DNA from: Coraliomargaritaceae bacterium
GTDB lineage: Bacteria; Verrucomicrobiota; Verrucomicrobiia; Opitutales; Coraliomargaritaceae
Direction: 5' to 3'
Length of the DNA stretch: 64,000 bases
Assembly (NCBI GenBank): GCA_965656495.1
Contig: CBFHKU010000001.1
Span: 274,781-338,780, forward strand
Both the position numbers and the translations under genes were made by a program. Below are positions 39,989 to 48,274 of this stretch, one piece after another. Numbering within the stretch: the first letter of the stretch is position 1; every line of letters begins with the position of its first letter. A model generated the notes under the pieces. That model did no database searches. It had not been told where the DNA came from and worked only from the letters and a program-made list of their open reading frames with translations.

Positions 39989-40804
39989 TTTTATGGGTTT
40001 AAGGTCTTCAAGTGACATGACGGTGGGACACGGAGTCATTCCTTGAGGAACATCAAATTTCAACTTCAATGTAGATCCCAAGTCAGATGATCCATAGCCG
40101 TGAGCCCATAAAAACAACTCGCAACCAAGGGCAGAGGGCGTAGCAAGTATTCCGCCTTCTACAGGCGGCTCAAAATTTTGCGGACGCCTCTTCTTGAGGC
40201 TGTCACCATTCCCATAGACAAAAGTCTCGATTAAATCCTCTTTGTTAAGACCAAAAAAAGCATGATTAAGAATGGATGATATTTGCTTCATCTCATCTGA
40301 GGTGAACTCCATTGCCGCGAAATACGACGAGAACGGAATCAACACCTCAAGCTTACTTCTGTCATCCATATTGAACTGGAAATCCTGCCCAATGAAGCGG
40401 TCATAGATGCTTCGATAGAATACGTAGTGACTTCTTACTTGGTAGCTAGACAGCCTTGCGACTAGCGAGGACCAAGATGCCCCACGGTCATCACGACTTA
40501 TTTTTGATCGAGATGATGCTAAAACGCCTCCAAAGTATTCTGCCGTAAGCGGGTCACTACAGAATGAACCCTTGTCAAGGACCTCTTTCAAAACTCTGGG
40601 AGGAATTGCTTCTGGTTCTTCGATTTTGTCTCCGAGTTTCTTTTGTGCGTTTTGGAAGATCGCCGAGACGTTATTTACGCGTTGCTCGGTCCAAGATTGG
40701 ATTCCCCCACCGATATATTCGGCCGTGGGGCCCAGCAGCTTTTCTACAAGCTTAGCACCACCTAAAGCAGATCCGAGTATTGCGAGTCCTGTTCCTGGTT
40801 CCAT
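39944..40804 (-). CDS. Cassette protein, DUF4393/Abi-alpha-like N-terminal region
   Basis: LLGPTAEYIG...IPPRVLKEVLDKGSF.SD...EYFGGVLASS; stop codon lies within the attC. Confidence 0.6.
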   Translation of the reverse strand: MEPGTGLAILGSALGGAKLVEKLLGPTAEYIGGGIQSWTEQRVNNVSAIFQNAQKKLGDKIEEPEAIPPRVLKEVLDKGSFCSDPLTAEYFGGVLASSRSKISRDDRGASWSSLVARLSSYQVRSHYVFYRSIYDRFIGQDFQFNMDDRSKLEVLIPFSSYFAAMEFTSDEMKQISSILNHAFFGLNKEDLIETFVYGNGDSLKKRRPQNFEPPVEGGILATPSALGCELFLWAHGYGSSDLGSTLKLKFDVPQGMTPCPTVMSLEDLKPIKSEQDAAGNADKPRA

Positions 40805-40814
40805 ATTCTTTTTC

Positions 40815-40881
40815 TCCGAACTTAGAGAGTAGCCGACGCCTAGGCGCAGCCTAGGTGTTGCGCTATCTCGACTGGTTGGCT
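40815..40881 (-). other. attC site
   Basis: AGCCAAC-CAGTCGAGATAGCGCAACACCTAGG...CCTAGGCGTCGGCTACTCTCTAA-GTTCGGA. Confidence 0.88.
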
Positions 40882-41421
40882 CTGTTTAGAGAATGTCTCG
40901 TAGGTTAGGCAAGAACCGAATCCAAAAAGACTATAGCTCATGAAAATTAGAATGATACAAAATGCCCTTAGCCTATCACCCCACTTCTCTTTGTCGGAGG
41001 TATATGCGCTCTGGCAAAGATAAGCTCCTCCTGTTGCTGTGGTCGCAGACAATACGCCGAAAACGTATAATTCCAAGGAGTTTGCGAGTAGTGAGTAATC
41101 ACCCTTAACATTCCCTAAAAATGTCAAACAGGCAACAGCAGCACCTCCATTGATGAGTATAGCACTTCTTAATGCTAAGCCACTCAACGTGATGGTGGCA
41201 TTAAGCATTACTCTGTCGGTTTCTCTATTTTCCTTCCAGTTCTCTAGATCTGATTTGTGATTTAATTCAACACAAAGCCTATCTGATTCGTTTTCTTCTG
41301 CTACGAAACGTTTGTATAGCTTCCGAAGGGTATCGATCATGAAGTCGATTTTAACTGCTCCAGAGCCTTCCTTTTTCTTTTCTTTTAGGAGGTCTGCTAA
41401 CTGTTTGATGTCTTCGCTCAT
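40840..41421 (-). CDS. First-cassette membrane protein of unknown function
   Basis: Charged N-terminus then ~3 TM helices (ALRSAILINGGAAVACLTFLG); start ~10 nt after the GTT core. Confidence 0.75.
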   Translation of the reverse strand: MSEDIKQLADLLKEKKKEGSGAVKIDFMIDTLRKLYKRFVAEENESDRLCVELNHKSDLENWKENRETDRVMLNATITLSGLALRSAILINGGAAVACLTFLGNVKGDYSLLANSLELYVFGVLSATTATGGAYLCQSAYTSDKEKWGDRLRAFCIILIFMSYSLFGFGSCLTYETFSKQSQPVEIAQHLGCA

Positions 41422-41430
41422 ATTCTTTTA

Positions 41431-41480
41431 GCTAAACAGTTATTATCAGGTTTTCAGATAACCACAAAAAAATTGATAGT
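41431..41480 (-). other. Probable attI site
   Basis: Minus strand AAAACCTGATAATAACT-GTTTAGC at the head of the array; no attC hairpin; AT-rich upstream. Confidence 0.55.
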
Positions 41481-41528
41481 TCAAACTAAAACCCTACTAG
41501 AGAATGGGTTATATGCTTGACGGATATC

Positions 41529-41624
41529 ATGCACCCACTGCCCGCAAAACTACTTGCCGGCTAGCGTGGGCGTCTCAATGAGGCTGATGTCGGAGCGGGT
41601 CAATAACCGCACTAACTTGAGTGA
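41529..41624 (+). pseudogene. Possible decayed 5' remnant of an integron integrase gene
   Basis: Divergent from attI; reads MHPLPAKLLAG*RGRLNEADVGAGQ*PH*LE* and then runs into the right direct repeat. Confidence 0.3.
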
Positions 41625-41690
41625 TTATCGCCAACAAACTCGATAAGTATTTATACGAAACCCAATGTGCCCTCACGCCCTAAATATTAA

Positions 41691-42206
41691 TTAGGGGGCA
41701 TCGGGTATTTTAAAACGGAGCTGCCGGTCACGGAGTTGAAGTTTGGGGGCGGCGAAACTGCTCTTACTGGGCGCACAGGCAGGCAAGCCGAGCAATAGGT
41801 TGCGCGTGTTTTGGTCAATATCCCAGGGGCTTTGGTTGCTTAACTGACTGAAGTAACTCGTTGTGATCAACTTAAATTTGATTTCCTTCATAATCACGCT
41901 GAGTGCTTCTCTTAGGGCTTTGACATCGGAAGACTCCTGCCTCTCCGTTGGTTGAATGGCCTGAAAGGCAAACCAAGAGGGGAGTTCATTGAGGTAATCC
42001 AGTTCGGAGTAAGTTGGAAATAAACGGTATACAATTTCTGAGATGTGTAGATCATCATTTGCGCTGGGCAAGAAACGCACAGGAGTTTGCTCAAGAGAGA
42101 AACCGACTTTGGGTGGTTGCTGGATTTGGGCTCTGAGTGGGGGAATAAAAAATGGACTGAGCGCAAGGCACGCAATTAGGTTAATCTTTAATAAGTAAAT
42201 ATACAT
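41691..42206 (-). CDS. Exported hypothetical protein
   Basis: 171-aa ORF with signal-like N-terminus, preceded by a very AT-rich promoter region. Confidence 0.55.
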   Translation of the reverse strand: MYIYLLKINLIACLALSPFFIPPLRAQIQQPPKVGFSLEQTPVRFLPSANDDLHISEIVYRLFPTYSELDYLNELPSWFAFQAIQPTERQESSDVKALREALSVIMKEIKFKLITTSYFSQLSNQSPWDIDQNTRNLLLGLPACAPSKSSFAAPKLQLRDRQLRFKIPDAP

Positions 42207-42654
42207 GGCCGTACAGGGTGTTAGGCCATTATTTTAATCACATATACTAAAAAAACACTAATACATAAGTAATAAAACAAATATAATGGGTTTATAAACT
42301 TATATATATAAACTTATTAATTTTTTATTAATATAAATCAAAGTGAGTAGTCGGTACAAAAAAAGCCGCTGCATGTGGAGCGGCAAAATGCGAGTTACTG
42401 CATATAGATTTGCAAACATTACCTTGATCTCAAATCCACAGAAGAGGCCGACCAGTTTTGGCTGATCCTCCCCGTGTGCAGCAACCTAACAAAGCTCGAA
42501 AAGAGGGAAGGGCGGTTTGAGGCGGTTAATTACGACGATTGATTACGTGGTAAATCGCTCCCGGATATTTCACTGGTGACCGACGCGCAATTTCCAGAGA
42601 TTCAAATAAATCATTGGGCTGACCCTTTTGGCTCAGGTTCGGCCCCAGTCCTTC

Positions 42655-43230
42655 TCAAAGCTCCCAGCCCATTTCCTCTGCAACACACTCTGCAAAACGA
42701 GGCAGTGTTCGACCCAAGTCCGCAAGAGCACGTTGAGGGCTTATATCACGGCTTTCCGCGATTTCGTGGATACGATTGGTGACGAGTTGCGGGCTGAGTT
42801 CGTAAAGCGTTGCCAAATAGGCCTGAGGATGAACCGCTTCTATGCCCCATACGGTGAGCACGGAAGAGGGGAAGTCTTTCAAATTAAAGGTGCAGATATG
42901 CTGTGCCTGTCCTTTAATCGTCGCAGCCAATACGTGCCGGTCGTCCTCGTCTGGCATTTCTAGAACTGGTATTAAAGGTTCGTATCCGGTTATGATTGCC
43001 TCCGGGAAGTTCCGAGTCACTTCGTTTTGCCAGTGTTGCGCCAGTTCCAAGGGCCAAGGTCGTTTAAGGCGCTCAGTGTGAACGGTGTAAACCTCCCGCA
43101 TAATGTCTGCAGACATCACAGGTGAATAGAGCCGCGGATACTCTGCTAAACGCAACAAGAGGTCACAAACAGCTTGGTTGGCGAGAACATTGGCGTCCAG
43201 ACAGACTCGAAAATCGGCTCGCAGTGACAT
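42655..43230 (-). CDS. PIN-domain protein (toxin)
   Basis: CLDANVL, PDEDDRHVLAA, TFNLKDFP. Confidence 0.9.
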   Translation of the reverse strand: MSLRADFRVCLDANVLANQAVCDLLLRLAEYPRLYSPVMSADIMREVYTVHTERLKRPWPLELAQHWQNEVTRNFPEAIITGYEPLIPVLEMPDEDDRHVLAATIKGQAQHICTFNLKDFPSSVLTVWGIEAVHPQAYLATLYELSPQLVTNRIHEIAESRDISPQRALADLGRTLPRFAECVAEEMGWEL

Positions 43231-43233
43231 GTT

Positions 43234-43689
43234 TTAGTCTCCTGTGTAGTCAGAGTCATATAAACCCGCCTCCTGAACTTTCTTTGTGAGTGCATCCAAT
43301 GTTTTACGACGGGCGGTATCGCGCAATCTCTCATATGTCCGTAAGTCGCTCATATATATTCGGCGATGACTCCCGACGTAGTGGAAAGGGATTTTCTCCT
43401 CTACCAGCAGCTTCACGAGATAAGGGCGAGATACACCGAGATAGTTGGCGGCAGCTTGCGTTGTGAGCACTTCGTTCTCGGCCAAAACTACCACAGATTG
43501 GCCCTTCAACATTGCACGGACAATCTGTGTAAGGTGGTGAAGTAGTGGCTCTGGAAACTGGATATGTGCTCCCTCGCGTCCAAGTAGGACTGGACGTTCG
43601 TCTCCGTTAATTACATCATTGAGCTTAGCCAGCAATTCGCGGTCATGCGCCGACATTGCGGCGATTTGTTTTGTAGCAGTATCTGTCAT
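43234..43689 (-). CDS. Excisionase-type HTH DNA-binding protein (antitoxin partner)
   Basis: LTTQAAANYLGVSRPYLVKLL...VGSHRRI; the usual partner upstream of this PIN family. Confidence 0.9.
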   Translation of the reverse strand: MTDTATKQIAAMSAHDRELLAKLNDVINGDERPVLLGREGAHIQFPEPLLHHLTQIVRAMLKGQSVVVLAENEVLTTQAAANYLGVSRPYLVKLLVEEKIPFHYVGSHRRIYMSDLRTYERLRDTARRKTLDALTKKVQEAGLYDSDYTGD

Positions 43690-43716
43690 AATAAACGAAA
43701 TAAACAAAATAAACGT
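43690..43716. promoter_or_regulatory. Three 9-bp direct repeats, probable autoregulatory operator
   Basis: AATAAACGA-AATAAACAA-AATAAACGT abutting the HTH start codon. Confidence 0.55.
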
Positions 43717-44060
43717 AATTAATGCAAGCCCAACTTCAAGGTCACCGCAAATTTCTCGTTTTCAGCTTCGCAACCGCCAATGGCCCCCTGCATGGATGAT
43801 TTAAAACTAATAACATCCCAATTGCAGATTGGCCCCTTCCCTTTAAGCCTCTACAAAATTCTCTAAACCTAATTTTTGCTACAGGGTGGTACGGCAAAAA
43901 CTTCACGCTTGGGCCGACAGGATTGTTGCGCCATCTGCGCATTTTCCGGGCGGAACATCTGTTCCTGAAAATGCTGCGTTAAACCTGCTGGTTCGCAGGT
44001 TCAAAATGGTAGTCGCGGTACACAAAAAAGCCCCTCGGGATGGAGGAGCAAAAGTGTTCA

Positions 44061-44142
<82 letters not shown>

Positions 44143-44295
44143 TGAAAGGGTGCACATTTGGGAATCAAGCCCATCGGGTCAAGCGAATAGAGTATGGAAT
44201 GCTCTGAGTAGATTTATGGTTTTCAAATTCGCTGTGTTTATTGACTTCGAGATTCGGGTTTAGCAAAACCATGTCATCTTTCATGGAAGCTTTGA

Positions 44296-46083
44296 TTAGG
44301 GATTGAGTTGCGCTTCGAGTTGATAAAAACGTCGGTTGGTAGTTTCAGTGGATTCATCCCGCACCGTGACGTTGATTCCACTGGCAGTGTTTGTTTCGGT
44401 GATGGTTGCACTGCCACTCCATGAACCGTTGGCGGAACGAGTCGCAATGGTAATCCAATCGCCGATGTCCAGGTTCGTTCTCATTTTTACAGTGACGATA
44501 AGGTTGGCTGAGGCATCGTTATCAACGGCGAAACTAAATTCCGGTTTGTCATTGATGTTTAGGCTCGGCAATTCGGTGGCAGGAACCTCTGACTGCCCAG
44601 GGTTCAAGCCCAGCAGGTACTCGATGCCGTTTTTGATTCCGTCAGCCTCGAGATCACCAGAGAAGGCGGCATTTGTGTTAACATCAGGAGTGACGCCGGA
44701 TTGGGAAAAAATCCAAAGTTCATAGGGTTCGGCAAGACTGATATTTGCGGTAGCGAGCGGGTCGCCTATCACGACGGTTTGCCAGGATATTTGCTGAATG
44801 GAGGCCCAAGCTGCCTCCACAAAGGTGAAGCCTTGGTTTAGGAAACGGTCGAGAAAGATTTGGCTTCTGGAGATACCGAAGGTGAGGGGTTCCCATACCG
44901 GGCCCGTGGCAAAAGTCCCACCGGAGTCGAACCACTCTTCTACTTGTCCTTGGCTGCTGTTAGATAAACCTCCCAGGCCTTTAGCTCCAAAACTTTCATA
45001 GGCAGAAAAAGCGGCACCGGGCACCAATTGGCCTGCGTAAGTTAAAAGGTAGTCGCGTTGGCTACCGCCACTGTGATTGACTCCATAGCTATGCAAATAT
45101 GCCACAGGGCCGGTGATCACTTGAGTGGGGGTGTATGGGATGCTGGATGCGTTGCCGACTAGAAAGGTGCTGTTATTATTCCAAGTGGTTTGCTCCCAAG
45201 TAGATATCATTGAATTATAGGCGTTAGAGTAGTCATTGGAATCCAAGTTTGAAGCCCCATCGCTGTCGAATAAGAGGGCATCAATATCGCGCCGGAACTG
45301 AATGTCTTGAGCGCGATCGATCATATCCTTGACCGTCTGTAGCGTGTCCGCATCAAGCCTGGCGGTCAGATAGATATGGCCGGCATTTGCGATGCCTCTC
45401 TGCGAGCCAGCGCCAAAAGTATTGTATAAACGCCACCAAGAAACAGGAGGGTCGGTTGAAACTTGAAGGGTGAAAAAATTGCGTCGGTTGCTGGTGATTC
45501 TTGAACGTGAGTAACTACTGAAGGGGCTCGTATCATTGTAATACGGATTATATACAGGGTTGTCGGCAAATGAATCGTAAGCGCCATTGTTTTCGCCGTC
45601 ATTTAAATCGAACTGGAGTAGGGTTAGCTCTGAATCCACGGATGCAAAATTGGCCTTGCCCTGAATATACAGATTTAGTGACGCATTGGCATTATCGCCA
45701 ACGTTGGGATTTGCAGGATCAAGACCCTGAATGCGGTGCGGAAGGTTCTTCGTGAGCACCAAAACCTGCACGGTTTGCTCTAAATTATTGTTGTTTAAAT
45801 GATTCCGTATCGGGTCGCGGATTTTTTGAGCAAAGTCTGCATAGCTTATGTTGCCGGGACCAAGGCTTGCATCATTGAGGTCAAAACTTAAAACACCGCT
45901 CCGCTTGCTTTGATAGTAATTCTTGATCTCAAGACTCGTAGTATCCGGAGAGTTGTAGATGACTAAAACATTGCCGGGTTGAATGGCTGCAAGGGAGCTA
46001 ACAGCGAGTGCTGTGACAGGTATACCAAACCTGTATGCTTTCCTAAAAATACGTGCGGTTGTTAGTGTACAAAAGATTAGCAT
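44296..46083 (-). CDS. TIGR03790-like secreted protein with Verrucomicrobial C-terminal domain
   Basis: VLVIYNS..S.EI..YY..KR, ASVDSEL, NPYY, TARLD, GPVWEP; C-terminal DGIKNGIEYLLGLNP...RRFYQL. Confidence 0.75.
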   Translation of the reverse strand: MLIFCTLTTARIFRKAYRFGIPVTALAVSSLAAIQPGNVLVIYNSPDTTSLEIKNYYQSKRSGVLSFDLNDASLGPGNISYADFAQKIRDPIRNHLNNNNLEQTVQVLVLTKNLPHRIQGLDPANPNVGDNANASLNLYIQGKANFASVDSELTLLQFDLNDGENNGAYDSFADNPVYNPYYNDTSPFSSYSRSRITSNRRNFFTLQVSTDPPVSWWRLYNTFGAGSQRGIANAGHIYLTARLDADTLQTVKDMIDRAQDIQFRRDIDALLFDSDGASNLDSNDYSNAYNSMISTWEQTTWNNNSTFLVGNASSIPYTPTQVITGPVAYLHSYGVNHSGGSQRDYLLTYAGQLVPGAAFSAYESFGAKGLGGLSNSSQGQVEEWFDSGGTFATGPVWEPLTFGISRSQIFLDRFLNQGFTFVEAAWASIQQISWQTVVIGDPLATANISLAEPYELWIFSQSGVTPDVNTNAAFSGDLEADGIKNGIEYLLGLNPGQSEVPATELPSLNINDKPEFSFAVDNDASANLIVTVKMRTNLDIGDWITIATRSANGSWSGSATITETNTASGINVTVRDESTETTNRRFYQLEAQLNP

Positions 46084-46124
46084 GTAATGGGAAGAGCTTA
46101 AATCCCCATCGCCAGAGAACGCTG

Positions 46125-46790
46125 CTACCTCCGGCTTGCGAGGAGGTAGAGGAGCCAACCGAGACTGGAGACGAATGCGGCGACATAAGTATATGCGGCG
46201 GCGTCGAGGGTGCGGTTGACCCCTTCCAGTTCGTCGCGTTCCACGATCCCGAGATCCACGAGTTGCAGCTTGGCGCGTTTGCTGGCGTCAAACTCGACGG
46301 GGAGGGTAACGAGTTGGAAGATCGTCAGCACGAGGTAAACCCCGATGCCGAGATTCAGGAGGAGCGGGCCGAATCCGCCAAAGAAGAAGCCCCCGAACAT
46401 AACGACCGGGAGGAGTTGGGAGGCAAAACTGGTGACTGGGACGAGTGCCATGCGGAGATTGAGGGGGGCGTAAGCCTGCTTGTGCTGGATGGCGTGCCCG
46501 GCTTCGTGGGCGGCGACTCCAAGGGCGGCGAGGCTGGTGCCACGGTAGTTGTCCTGGCTCAAAGCGAGGCGTTTGTGGGTGGGGTCGTAGTGATCGGTGA
46601 GGGTGCCGTGGCACTCGACGATCTCAACATCATGGATGCCGGCATTGCGCATGACAGCGGCGGCGGCTTCGCGCCCGGTGATGCGACCACGGGAGGGCAC
46701 CTGCACGTATTTACCGTAAGCGCTTTTTACTTTCATCTGGGCCCAAAAACCCACAGCGAGCGGGACAATAATTAAAATTAGAAAATTCAT
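46125..46790 (-). CDS. Neutral zinc metallopeptidase (YugP family)
   Basis: LTDHYDP, AAHEAGHAIQH, TLPVEFDASKRA, AAAYTYVAA. Confidence 0.93.
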   Translation of the reverse strand: MNFLILIIVPLAVGFWAQMKVKSAYGKYVQVPSRGRITGREAAAAVMRNAGIHDVEIVECHGTLTDHYDPTHKRLALSQDNYRGTSLAALGVAAHEAGHAIQHKQAYAPLNLRMALVPVTSFASQLLPVVMFGGFFFGGFGPLLLNLGIGVYLVLTIFQLVTLPVEFDASKRAKLQLVDLGIVERDELEGVNRTLDAAAYTYVAAFVSSLGWLLYLLASRR

Positions 46791-46892
46791 TTAAACTTTG
46801 TTAGATTATGAGTGTCAGTATGAGAATGGGTTCCATTTCGTTGGAAAGTTATTGTAACGGTAAGGAAACTGCAAAATATATCTATTAATATT

Positions 46893-47381
46893 ATGACTAA
46901 AAAAGCAATTTTTCTATTCATGGGCGCGGTTTTTTCCTGCCTGCCACTGTTTTCATTTGGGGCGACCGATGCCGGCAAGGTGATGGCGCATGGCGCAGGC
47001 CTCGCATGGGAAACGGACTTTAAGGCAGCGCAAGCCAAGGCAAAAGCAAGCGGCAAGCCGATGCTCCTCGACTTTACCGGATCGGATTGGTGCGGCTGGT
47101 GCATTCGTCTCGACAAAGAAGTTTTCGACCAACCGGAATTTGCGGCCTTCGCCTCCAAAGCGCTGGTTTTAGTGGAATTGGATTTCCCGCGCGGGAAGTC
47201 GCAACCCGAGGCCATTAAAAAACAAAATGAAGCCCTCGCGAAGCAATACGGGGTGCGTGGATTCCCGACCATCATTTTGCTTTCGCCGGAAGGAGAACTG
47301 CTCGGGCAAACGGGTTACCAAAAAGGTGGAGCCGCTAAATATGTGGCGCACTTGAAGGAATTACTCGCGGGCAAACTGTAG
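46893..47381 (+). CDS. Exported thioredoxin-family protein
   Basis: Signal peptide, FTGSDWCGWC, GFPT. Confidence 0.92.
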   Translation: MTKKAIFLFMGAVFSCLPLFSFGATDAGKVMAHGAGLAWETDFKAAQAKAKASGKPMLLDFTGSDWCGWCIRLDKEVFDQPEFAAFASKALVLVELDFPRGKSQPEAIKKQNEALAKQYGVRGFPTIILLSPEGELLGQTGYQKGGAAKYVAHLKELLAGKL

Positions 47382-47389
47382 CGCTGGCT

Positions 47390-48265
47390 TTACGCCTCGG
47401 GGCTTTCATCGAGCCCGGACCACCAACCTTCACTGGCTCGCAGGCTTTCGGGGCTTTGTCCCGCCTCGCGCAATTCCCGCAAGCTGAGGGAGTGGTGTCG
47501 CTTGGCGAGCCGTTGTCCTGCTTGATCGACCACCAGCGGGGCGTGGTAAAAATTGGGGGCGGGGCATTGCAGGGCTTCGTAAAGGAGGAGCTGGCGGGCG
47601 GTTGAAATAAGGAGGTCTTCGCCGCGCACCACTTCTGTTATTTGCATGGCAGCATCGTCCACCACCACCGCGAGTTCGTAGGAAGGGACGCCATCCTTGC
47701 GCCAGATCAGGAAATCTCCAAAATCGCGGAGGCTTTCAAAGGCGCAGGGCCCGAGGCGCAAATCGTCAAAATTGAGGGTGCGGTGATCCGGGACACGGAA
47801 ACGCCAGTTGTAGGCGCCCGGTTCATTGAGGTTTTTTCCGGTTCCCGGGGCCGGGCGCCAATGTTCGGGGTAAAGGGGCTCGCGCTCGTCCTCGGCATGG
47901 GGCGCCTCGCTCGCACGGGCGACATCCCGGCGCGATTTCTCGCAGGGGTAAATGAAGCCGCCATCTTTAAGTTTTTTCCAAGCTTCGAGAAAGAGGGCGG
48001 AGCGCTCGCTTTGACGGTAAGGGCCAAAGGAACCGCCGCAGTCCGGCCCCTCCTGCCATTGGCAGCCAAACCATTGAAGATCTTCGATCGCGCTTTTGGC
48101 GTATTCAGCGCGGCAACGCTGCGGGTCGAGGTCCTCCTCGCGATAGAGGAGTTCCCCGCCGGCCTCCGCGGCGCGTTCCATTGCGATCCAGAAAGTGCGG
48201 GCGTGACCCAGATGCAAGTAGCCTGTGGGGGTGGGTGCAATACGGCCTCGGTAAGTTTTGTTCAT
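47390..48265 (-). CDS. gluQ: tRNA glutamyl-Q(34) synthetase
   Basis: RIAPTPTGYLHLGH, EDLD, VVRGEDL, RLAKRH; no anticodon-binding domain. Confidence 0.92.
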   Translation of the reverse strand: MNKTYRGRIAPTPTGYLHLGHARTFWIAMERAAEAGGELLYREEDLDPQRCRAEYAKSAIEDLQWFGCQWQEGPDCGGSFGPYRQSERSALFLEAWKKLKDGGFIYPCEKSRRDVARASEAPHAEDEREPLYPEHWRPAPGTGKNLNEPGAYNWRFRVPDHRTLNFDDLRLGPCAFESLRDFGDFLIWRKDGVPSYELAVVVDDAAMQITEVVRGEDLLISTARQLLLYEALQCPAPNFYHAPLVVDQAGQRLAKRHHSLSLRELREAGQSPESLRASEGWWSGLDESPEA

Positions 48266-48274
48266 AGCTGCCGC

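Larger units (their letters stand above)
35012..41683. mobile_element. Genomic island: integrase-less integron cassette array (CALIN) bounded by 65-bp direct repeats
   Basis: Repeats at 35012-35076 and 41619-41683 (37-bp identical core); six attC-like sites; lower GC than flanks; no intact integrase. Confidence 0.85.

Noticed and set aside
42430..42454. att copy of the tRNA-Pro 3' end (TCAAATCC...CCGACCA)
   Set aside because: Gapped, weak match in the opposite orientation to the tRNA.
43234..43689. Prophage excisionase
   Set aside because: Paired with a PIN gene as a TA module; no integrase or phage genes nearby.
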